Shown: in pieces, positions 1 through 6,684 of the stretch
Numbering within the stretch: the first letter of the stretch is position 1
Layout of the letters: every line of letters begins with the position of its first letter
Notes under the pieces: generated by a model
Seen by the model: the letters and a program-made list of their open reading frames with translations, nothing else
Databases searched by the model: none
What the model was told of the DNA's origin: nothing
NCBI GenBank assembly: GCA_033762295.1
Contig: JANRLW010000087.1
Location: forward strand, 1 to 10,791
Direction: 5' to 3'
Length of the DNA stretch: 10,791 nucleotides
Source of the DNA: Capsulimonadales bacterium
GTDB taxonomy: Bacteria > Armatimonadota > Armatimonadia > Armatimonadales > Armatimonadaceae
Position numbers and translations under genes: made by a program

Positions 1-102
1 GATGGCGTGTGCCCGTTGTCGTTCTCGATGGTTGTCCGATTGCCGATGCAGGCACTCCAGGGCCGTTTTCTGTTCTGCGGTCAGGGCGGTCGAGAGTTTC
101 AT
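1..102 (-). CDS. IS630-family transposase, N-terminal helix-turn-helix region (partial, 34 codons visible)
   Basis: Manual translation from ATG at 102 gives MKLSTALTAEQKTALECLHRQSDNHRERQRAHAI. This matches the typical IS630 N-terminus LTxEExxxLExxxRxxxxxRxRxRAxAI(LL). Not in the ORF track. Confidence 0.8.
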   Translation of the reverse strand, partial: MKLSTALTAEQKTALECLHRQSDNHRERQRAHAI

Positions 103-138
103 GCCAACAGTTTACCGCAGAACTTATGGTCAACTACT
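1..138 (-). mobile_element. Left end of an IS630/Tc1-mariner family insertion sequence (continues beyond window start); TA target at 139-140
   Basis: The minus strand reads TA|AGTAGTTGACCATAAGTT... from position 140, and a transposase-like ORF starts 36 nt inside this end. IS630 elements insert at TA. Homology of the host gene (130-465) to its paralog breaks off at this TA. The partner inverted repeat is outside the window. Confidence 0.75.
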
Positions 139-465
139 TAGGTCGAGAATATAGTGTCCGTTCGAACGCGGCCCCCCCAGATCCTTTCGAGCGGATACCC
201 ACAGAGGCGACGAACCATAGCTGTCCGAACCGACGGATGATTCACGTTTCGTCTTATTATTGTACCAACCAAACTCCAAGATTGCGTCACAGTCGCCATC
301 AGCGGTGGTCCAATCGGCAGAGACGATGTAGTCTGCCTGATCAAAGATCTTTGGAAAGGACTGACGGCGAATTCTGAATTTTTCGATATCACCCGTAGCG
401 GCAGACGCTGCATTCGGCAAACTAAGAAGCAAGAAGAGCATACCGATAAAAATCGAGCGCTTCAA
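130..465 (-). pseudogene. Small secreted hypothetical protein (paralog of 1752-2172), C-terminally truncated by the IS630 insertion
   Basis: TTG start with a Sec signal peptide (MKRSIFIGMLFLLLSLPNAASA-A). Shares DIEKFRxRR, FDQADYIV, DGxCxAxxEFxW and ARxxxGxPRxxGxY blocks with the 1752-2172 product. The last codons (AGT AGT TGA) come from the IS end, and about 26 aa are missing relative to the paralog. Confidence 0.8.
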
Positions 466-495
466 CGATACACTTGACTTAACGATTACTTCCTT

Positions 496-1665
496 TCACT
501 TCCTGGGAGTTGAGTTATTTCTGGGTTTCGTCACAACGATAAACCCGTATTTACCAACATTCCATTCCGAACCGTCCTGCATTTTGGTTAGCTGATTTAG
601 GGCCTCGCCTAGCATCATGTCCTTAAAGTCCACGGATGCCAGCACCTGACTTCCTAACCATTTCGTGGTGAGTATCGGGTTGTGCGTCTGTCGGTACAGG
701 GCGGCAAGTACGGTCGAAAGGCGAACTTGATCGCCTCTAAAGGTAACCGTTTTTTCCAAACTCTTTAGATCTTTTGCGGCTTCCGGACGAATAACATTCT
801 CGGCCGTTCGATACCGGAGGAGAGGCTTTCCTGACGGGACCAGTCGATCCTCTTCCTCTCGGTGTCGTTGTTGAACCGTTGCAAAATCATTGATTCGAAA
901 TCCATAGGACTCGCCGTTAACCACCAGGGTGAAAAAGAAACGTCGCGTACCGTCACTTAACGCAGGACGCTGCTCAATGCGAATCTTCCCACCGGCGACT
1001 TCCGCCTTTGTCAAAGCCCGTTCCCCCTGCTCCACATCTTCCTCGTTCAGGGTATCCACGATCTTATCGACGAAACCCTGCACCGTCGGCGGGAGCTGGG
1101 CGATGGGAAATCCTTCAACAGAGCCCGATTCCAGAATCTTGTTTTGCTGATCGGCTGGTAACGACCGGATGCCTGCTATCATGGCCATACCATATTCCAT
1201 GCGGAGGCGTTCCGTCGGCCGTTTTGGTCCGAAGGTGAATTCGGTAGTAGCGCCGGAAGCGACGAGACGGTAACTGCGGGCCCGCTCATTTACCTGTTCC
1301 CAATCATCTCCGTACAGGATCGCTATGGCCTCCAAAAGGGAGCGAATTTCCGGATCTTTGGCAAAAACCAGACAGAAACTGTTTTTGACCTGTTCATCTT
1401 CAATAATCAGCTGCCTTTTGGACCGCCTGGACATCCGAGCAAATAGGTTATTATTTGCGGAGATATTGGAATTCACGGACAAAGACAGGCGCAACCGGGG
1501 ATCAATATCGAAGAATGAACGAATCTCCGGATGGACACCTGACTTCGTTTCGGATGTGTTCGCCTGTTGACAAAGGCAGGTGAGAACCGTGTTGGGCAAC
1601 ACGGTTGCGGTAGGAAGTGGCACCCCAAGTAGGGAACAAAAGATACAAACAGTAGCGATAACCAT
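496..1665 (-). CDS. Exported hypothetical protein, 389 aa, with probable STN/secretin-N0-like domains at both ends
   Basis: Long ORF with a GAGGT RBS 5 nt before ATG and a hydrophobic N-terminus. The C-terminal LEKTVTFRGDQVRLSTVLAALYRQTHNPIL...ASVDFKDMMLGEALNQL...WNVGKYGFIVV follows the STN pattern. A more degenerate copy lies at LRLSLSV...EIRSLLEAIAILYGDDW. Domain call is by eye. Confidence 0.8.
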   Translation of the reverse strand: MVIATVCIFCSLLGVPLPTATVLPNTVLTCLCQQANTSETKSGVHPEIRSFFDIDPRLRLSLSVNSNISANNNLFARMSRRSKRQLIIEDEQVKNSFCLVFAKDPEIRSLLEAIAILYGDDWEQVNERARSYRLVASGATTEFTFGPKRPTERLRMEYGMAMIAGIRSLPADQQNKILESGSVEGFPIAQLPPTVQGFVDKIVDTLNEEDVEQGERALTKAEVAGGKIRIEQRPALSDGTRRFFFTLVVNGESYGFRINDFATVQQRHREEEDRLVPSGKPLLRYRTAENVIRPEAAKDLKSLEKTVTFRGDQVRLSTVLAALYRQTHNPILTTKWLGSQVLASVDFKDMMLGEALNQLTKMQDGSEWNVGKYGFIVVTKPRNNSTPRK

Positions 1666-1751
1666 AACTTACCTCAACAAAGGTTGCACCTGACCGAAAC
1701 GGACGGAATATTTTGAGCGGGCAAACATTGCGAACAACTGCTCGCCACCAA

Positions 1752-2172
1752 CTACAAAATGACCCTGGATGTTCCATACTCCGGACCGTAGACACGTCCG
1801 GACAACTCGTCACCGATTACTCTATAGACCGAAAGTTCGGTCGTGTAAAACCCACCGTCACGCGGACTGCCGGGTCCCTGGCGAGCCATGACATTGTTGG
1901 GTTCGAACCATTTATTACTCGTTATAAAGAACTTCTGGTTTTGCCAGTTCTTCCAATAAAACTCCATTAGCGCGGCACATTTGCCATCCGTTGACAACCA
2001 GGAAAAGTTGACAATATAGTCCGCTTGATCGAAGTATTTCCCAACGGCTCCGGAAACCGGAACTCTACGTACACGGAACTTCTCGATGTCGCAGTGAAGG
2101 GGCTGCGGTTGCCTTATTCTGGGAAAACAAGAGGCAAAAGAGCATGCCGGAGAGAGCGATTTTCAGTTTCAA
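1752..2172 (-). pseudogene. Small secreted hypothetical protein (139 aa if repaired) with a 1-nt frameshift near 2095-2102
   Basis: AGGAGG RBS (2181-2186), TTG at 2172 and signal peptide MKLKIALSGMLFCLLFSQNKATA-A. This frame stops at 2065-2067 after 35 aa. The adjacent frame continues CDIEKFRVRRVPVSGAVGKYFDQADYIVNFSWLSTDGKCAALMEFYW... to TAG at 1752. The span is 421 nt (3n+1). Confidence 0.8.
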
Positions 2173-2198
2173 TTGTAGTTCCTCCTGATGTGATAAAA

Positions 2199-2227
2199 AA
2201 TTTAACCGCGGAAGAAAATTATGTCAA
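2199..2227 (-). promoter_or_regulatory. Sigma70-type promoter for the leftward operon (2172 to 130)
   Basis: Minus strand has TTGACA (2227-2222), a 17-nt spacer and TAAATT (2204-2199), with AT-rich DNA upstream. It lies 12 nt before the AGGAGG RBS. Confidence 0.7.
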
Positions 2228-2339
2228 TAGTGAATATATTTGCACTTATTTAATTAAATTTTTGACAATAACGAACTGAAAAATGATGATTAGAGATGTA
2301 TAAAAGGTATATAGGATGAAATACGGTTGTGAATAACAA

Positions 2340-2609
2340 ATGGTTCACTTCTTCTACCGTACACGTCCCGCCGTCGAACTTCCGACTGCGGTGATAAGTT
2401 TGAACGGTGGAGGACGAGCGATCGTTTCAGGAGGGCATGACGGTATTGAATTTTCAAAAGGAACGGTGCGCCGGGTGATTGCACATACCCATCCCTTCAG
2501 CGTCCATGCTACCGGCCCATCAATCCGGGATTTAAAAGCCTTAAAACATTTCGGGCAGAAACATTCCTATGTGATTGAACGTGGTGTCCTGACAAGGTTC
2601 GGTCAATGA
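2340..2609 (+). CDS. JAB/MPN-like metal-binding domain protein, probable orphan polymorphic-toxin C-terminal tip (likely 5'-truncated)
   Basis: RRVIAHTHPFSVHATGPSIRD is a JAB-type H-x-H-P...P-S-x-x-D motif. The ORF is only 89 aa, has no convincing RBS and no RHS core upstream. Its stop overlaps the next start (ATGA). Confidence 0.6.
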   Translation: MVHFFYRTRPAVELPTAVISLNGGGRAIVSGGHDGIEFSKGTVRRVIAHTHPFSVHATGPSIRDLKALKHFGQKHSYVIERGVLTRFGQ

Positions 2610-2899
2610 AAAATGCCGTCATAATTGACGAGATAAACATTACGTCCGGTTTAATCTCGAGATTGTCACCCGTCATTGATTACGATTGGATCATCGGTGT
2701 TTGGCATGTCCTTGAACCAACGACAAATGACGAACCGATCTCGTTGCCGGATTCTGGCCAAACCGTGAAAGCATTCATGGCTACGGGAGAAAAACGATCG
2801 TATACCGTCAAGGCGGTAAGAATTCACCATGGCGTTCCTGCCATTTGTTTGGAGGCTCAACCCGGCGAAATCCCCCGCCTGACGAGACTAGAGTGGTGA
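2606..2899 (+). CDS. Hypothetical protein, 97 aa, candidate cognate immunity protein
   Basis: ATGA translational coupling to the JAB-motif ORF. Small, no signal peptide, beta-rich globular composition. The immunity role is inferred from gene order only. Confidence 0.6.
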   Translation: MKNAVIIDEINITSGLISRLSPVIDYDWIIGVWHVLEPTTNDEPISLPDSGQTVKAFMATGEKRSYTVKAVRIHHGVPAICLEAQPGEIPRLTRLEW

Positions 2900-3175
2900 A
2901 ACGGGGCGGAACCATCGTCGAGCGGTTATCCTCGTCTGTTCTTCCATGGCGGTTACACTCACCCCGACACCGGTTGGACCTCCCCGACGGATGGCGGTCC
3001 GGAAGGGGACTACGATCCGCCGCGCACGGGCGATGCGCTCGACGGTCGAATCTCGCAGGGGAGTTGCAAAAGCAGACGCATCTACCCGGTACCGTTCCAA
3101 GAGGCCAATCTCCGATCACGGAATCGGTATTACAGGAACGTGGAAATAAAACTGTCTTGAAGCAGTCAAGTATGA

Positions 3176-3768
3176 TTGATACAATTTCGTAAAACCAAGC
3201 GAGGCTCCGTTCTTCTTGCCGGTGTCCCATCCATCGTTCATGCGCAGTCACGAGCCAGTTCATCGGTGGTAGCCTCTCCGTCGATTCCTAAGCCCGATAC
3301 AATTACCTGTATCGAAAAAAAGGTGCTCCGACGTTCAGAGGTTGGGTTCGCGCAAGCGACGGAAATTTTTCCAAGTTCTTCGTCGAATACGGCGAAAGTC
3401 TTTACTTCAGCTGGCATAAGTTGGCCTTTCAGCGAATGGGGGAGCGCGATCATTGAGGCATCGGTTACCTACCAAACGTCCCCGATTAAAGGTTTCACGA
3501 AGACGACAGTACGTACGGACGTAAGTCTAAGTCGGCTTGGGGAATGTATCGAATGGATCCGATAGGGACTTCCCCTGAATTTACCGTAAGTGTTGATATT
3601 TCTAACGCTGGAAGCAATCCTGTTGCCGTAAAGATTCCTTGCGTTCTTTATGCCGATTCGTCCGCGGGTTGATTCGGACAAAATGAGCGCAAACGAAAGT
3701 GTCGCGTTTGGTCATTACCCGACGCTCTATGTATTCACGAGATCTTTGGTAAAAAAGGTCAACTATGA
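3176..3768 (+). pseudogene. Degraded gene of about 190 codons (probably secreted) coupled to the 576-aa gene
   Basis: The frame starting at 3241 reads ...AVTSQFIGGSLSVDS*ARYNYLYRKKGAPTFRGWVRASDGNFSKFFVEYGESLYFSWHKLAFQRMGERDH*GIGYLPNVPD*RFHEDDSTYGRKSKSAWGMYRMDPIGTSPEFTVSVDISNAGSNPVAVKIPCVLYADSSAG*FGQNERKRKCRVWSLPDALCIHEIFGKKGQL*. Internal stops are at 3289, 3454, 3487 and 3670. The final TGA (3766-3768) overlaps ATG 3765. A signal-like start (MIQFRKTKRGSVLLAGVPSIVHA-Q) lies in another frame at 3176. The 5' boundary is uncertain. Confidence 0.45.
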
Positions 3769-5495
3769 AATGTAGCACCCAATGGGGCTTTGTCCTCGCG
3801 ATGCACTTTGTTGTTGGCGTACCCGGCATTCTCCCCAACTCCGAACAAAACCCGCCGACGGTACTGAAAACGCCTTCGGCGGGCCGATCTCTGTCACTCC
3901 GTCAGGCGAACGAAGGCCCGTTTCATACCCGGTTGATGGAATTGAGCCGGCGCACCGGATGCCTGGTGGTCACGGAAGGGGAACCCTGCTTTTCCGACCA
4001 AGCGGAGTTCGGAAACGCGCTGCGGGAGTTTGACACCCTGATGGGACAGGGACCGGCGGATGCGGAGACGATCGATAAAGCGGTCGCCTGTTTGGACTAC
4101 TCGGTCGAACGGAAGCCGGACCGGTTGCTTCTGCGAAAACGCTACTCGCGGTACGAAGATATCCCGGAAGTTACCTTTCCCGAGTATCGGCGTTCGCTCC
4201 GCGAAATGATAACGATCTTTCGCAAGAAGGACTTGCTCGAAACAATTGTTTATCAAAAATTTATCACGGATTTCCAGACCATGATCCGCCCGGAGCAGTG
4301 GAAGCAAATCAGTGACCCCGGCCGACAAAATCCGCGCGGGTACGAGGAATGGGACGGGATTCCGATCGCACAACTGGATACCGGTCAGGCGGATCATCTT
4401 TTCGACATGGTTCGGTATGAGCAATTCGGCACTAATCTGGATCAAATGGAATACGTGGGTGACCTGATTCAATCCGTCACCCGGCGCACCACGGAGTTCG
4501 GTCGGTTTATGGTCAATAATCGGGAGGTAACCGGGATACGTCTGTCACTTCCATCCCGACAGCGCATTCATGTTTTCGGTCTTGAATCCAATTCTGCCAA
4601 CCACCCCGACCTTTTCATTACGGTTCGAGTAAGCGGCGAAAAGGCGGATAAAGACGAATACCTTGCCGATTTCCTCCATATCGACGTGGATGAAGTAAAA
4701 AAACTCCGGCGCTCCTACTTCAATCGACCGGTTGGTCCCCTGGCGCGCGAGGCAGTGACTTTCAGTAAGCTTGTTCGGGACGCCAATTCCGGAACCTCGG
4801 AGACAACGTTGCTGGAGGAAGATCTGGGAGGCAAGCGTCTTTGCTGGGCTTCGGCCGCACCGGTGGAATCGGGAAAACTACTGGACGCTGCTGCCGCCGT
4901 CTTCTCGCTGGATCGCCGGCGGGACGCGGACGGGCAATGGAAGATCGGTTACCCGAAAACGACGTTTCCCCGCCGGCTTGAGGATATATCGGAAGCGATA
5001 TCGGATCTGATTCCGGAGGCGTATCAACGTGCCGTTCGGCAACGGCGCGAACACCTGCCACCAGGCGCGATCGAACGCCAATTGGGTGCCAATCTGCCTG
5101 AAAAGGCAAAGGAGCAGATACGAAAGATGGATGCGCGCGTGAACCGACCGATGGTTACCGACCGTTTCGTCGCCTTTGCGAGAGAGCGATTGAAGGCGTT
5201 GATCGAACGACGGCTGAAACTCCAACCCGAAAACCGACCATCGGGGGCGCCACGAATCCGTTTTGACGATCTGAGCGAGGAAGAGACACGTCTTCTGGGA
5301 ATTCTGTTTTTTGGGCGGTGCTTTGACGGTCTGGAAGCTGCGTCCAAACCCCTCCCTGCTTCCGTCTCTCGCTTTAAGGAAGGAAAAGTCCGTTTCTACC
5401 CGTCCGAATCGGCAGAAAGTCGGAAACTCAATCTCGAATTGCGGTTCCCCATCGGTGACGGTCTCGTCGAGGAAATCTGCGTGAGAGGACGGTGA
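3765..5495 (+). CDS. Exported hypothetical protein, 576 aa, with STN-like segments; distant relative of 496-1665
   Basis: Long ORF with a hydrophobic N-terminus (WGFVLAMHFVVGVPG). RSLSLRQ...RLMELSRRTGCLVVTEGEP and AVTFSKLV...GKLLDAAAAVFSLD resemble STN-like units. IRPEQWKQI...GIPIAQL matches LPADQQNKI...GFPIAQL in the 389-aa protein. Confidence 0.85.
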   Translation: MKCSTQWGFVLAMHFVVGVPGILPNSEQNPPTVLKTPSAGRSLSLRQANEGPFHTRLMELSRRTGCLVVTEGEPCFSDQAEFGNALREFDTLMGQGPADAETIDKAVACLDYSVERKPDRLLLRKRYSRYEDIPEVTFPEYRRSLREMITIFRKKDLLETIVYQKFITDFQTMIRPEQWKQISDPGRQNPRGYEEWDGIPIAQLDTGQADHLFDMVRYEQFGTNLDQMEYVGDLIQSVTRRTTEFGRFMVNNREVTGIRLSLPSRQRIHVFGLESNSANHPDLFITVRVSGEKADKDEYLADFLHIDVDEVKKLRRSYFNRPVGPLAREAVTFSKLVRDANSGTSETTLLEEDLGGKRLCWASAAPVESGKLLDAAAAVFSLDRRRDADGQWKIGYPKTTFPRRLEDISEAISDLIPEAYQRAVRQRREHLPPGAIERQLGANLPEKAKEQIRKMDARVNRPMVTDRFVAFARERLKALIERRLKLQPENRPSGAPRIRFDDLSEEETRLLGILFFGRCFDGLEAASKPLPASVSRFKEGKVRFYPSESAESRKLNLELRFPIGDGLVEEICVRGR

Positions 5496-5559
5496 CGCGG
5501 GCAAGGTGCCCTGACCGCTTCCTCGCTCGATTTTGCCCACTCCCGGGCGATAAACGAGG

Positions 5560-5613
5560 GCAACGATGAGGGCGTTGGGAACCGGTCACCGTTCCCAATG
5601 CCCTCATCGTTGC
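5560..5613. terminator. Long hairpin between convergent genes, probable bidirectional terminator or 3' stabiliser
   Basis: GCAACGATGAGGGCGTTGGGAAC (5560-5582) pairs with GTTCCCAATGCCCTCATCGTTGC (5591-5613), giving a 23-bp stem with one G-T pair and an 8-nt loop. There is no U-tract on either side. Confidence 0.65.
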
Positions 5614-5639
5614 GGAAGATCGCGCTTTGCGCGCCGAAT

Positions 5640-6551
5640 TCAGGTGGCGTGGGTATCGTAGGCGGCGTTGGTGCCGACCTGCGCCGGACGGACAACGTAA
5701 CGACCCTGCTCCGGAACCGCGATCCGGTCGAAGTTTTCGGCCAGCGTATGCAGAGCGGTGCGCAGGTCCTGACCCCGCATGGCGCGTCCGTGACCGGTCA
5801 CCGCAATCTCCGGTTCGAGCATCGCCAGCCGTTCGACCGAGATGCGCGCGGCTTCCCAGTCCTGCGTGTAGTACATCGGCGGCCCGTGCAACTCCGGTTT
5901 TTGAACGGCGACGGCATAGGCCGATTCCTGAACCGTCGTAATGAACGCGTCCCCGGTGATCAGGGTGCGGTCGGACTCGCGCCAGAACGAAACATGACCG
6001 GGCGTGTGGCCCGGTGTATGAATCCAGCGCCAGCCGGGCAGAAACGGCACGGAGTTATCGGTCGGGAACGGGTGCAGCCACTGACCGACATCGATCGGCG
6101 TGCGCGGAAACAGCGGCGACAGCGCGGACATCAGCCCGTTGCCGACGCTCGGATCAGGCGGCGGATAAGCGGCCTGTCCCGTGAGATAGGGCATTTCGAA
6201 CGGGTGCGCGAAGATCGGGACGCCCCATAGTTCGGCCAGTTCCCGGAGCGCGGAAACATGATCGAAGTGTCCGTGCGTGAGGAGGATGGCCGCCGGCCGG
6301 GTATTGCGGCCCCCGCCGAAGCGTTCGTTGGCCGCCTCACGGATCGCTCCGGCGGTGCCGGGCAGGCCGGCGTCGATCAGTACCCAGCCGTCGTCTCCCG
6401 CGCCGACCGCGCCCACGAACGCGACATTGACGAGGATCAGTCGTTTATAGGCGACATCGGGCAGAACCTCATGTGTGCTGTCATCCCGTTCCTTATCACG
6501 GGACGGGTCATCGGCGCGCGCCCCGGCGGGCAGCGGTATTCCGTGTTCCAT
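5640..6551 (-). CDS. MBL-fold metallo-hydrolase (YflN-like), 303 aa
   Basis: Motifs [13 protein letters not shown] (HxHxDH), [14 protein letters not shown] and TGHG. Start moved to ATG 6551 (MEHGIPLP), which has AGGAG at 6566-6562. Confidence 0.92.
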   Translation of the reverse strand: MEHGIPLPAGARADDPSRDKERDDSTHEVLPDVAYKRLILVNVAFVGAVGAGDDGWVLIDAGLPGTAGAIREAANERFGGGRNTRPAAILLTHGHFDHVSALRELAELWGVPIFAHPFEMPYLTGQAAYPPPDPSVGNGLMSALSPLFPRTPIDVGQWLHPFPTDNSVPFLPGWRWIHTPGHTPGHVSFWRESDRTLITGDAFITTVQESAYAVAVQKPELHGPPMYYTQDWEAARISVERLAMLEPEIAVTGHGRAMRGQDLRTALHTLAENFDRIAVPEQGRYVVRPAQVGTNAAYDTHAT

Positions 6552-6684
6552 CGTGCGGTCTCTCCTGACGAAGTTTCCCACACGATGCAATTCCCCCCGA
6601 TCGGGTTCGGAATTATTGCAAACCGAGAACCGCGGGAACTACGGATACCCTGCCCATCCGCGCAACCTGCGATATAACGAGGGC

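Larger units (their letters stand above)
1..5495. other. Lower-GC accessory island (IS end, pseudogenes, toxin/immunity-like pair, exported hypotheticals)
   Basis: Visibly more AT-rich, with many A/T-ending codons, than the strongly GC3-biased genes from 5640 onward. Only hypothetical, broken or mobile genes are present. The left boundary is outside the window. Confidence 0.7.

Noticed and set aside
9..377. 122-aa plus-strand ORF
   Set aside because: It lies antisense to the transposase start and the secreted paralog, and crosses the IS junction.
1752..1997. 81-aa ORF as an independent gene
   Set aside because: It is the 3' part of the frameshifted gene starting at 2172; homology to the paralog extends upstream of its TTG.
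2025..2279. 84-aa plus-strand ORF
   Set aside because: It is antisense to a signal-peptide-coding region, runs through the promoter region, and has no RBS or motif.
3176..3565. 129-aa plus ORF, and minus ORFs 3238-3453 and 3469-3681, as intact genes
   Set aside because: They have no RBS or motifs. The stop-interrupted frame ending in the ATGA overlap at 3765 explains the region better, though this is not proven.
3289..3672. Stop-codon recoding (TGA as Trp or Sec) to rescue the interrupted frame
   Set aside because: Two of the four stops are TAA, and TGA is the normal terminator of several genes in the window.
6475..6684. N-terminal extension of TrpB in the ORF track (likewise 8435-8728 for Def)
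   Set aside because: The extensions overlap neighbouring genes and promoter-like sequence, and family similarity begins only downstream.
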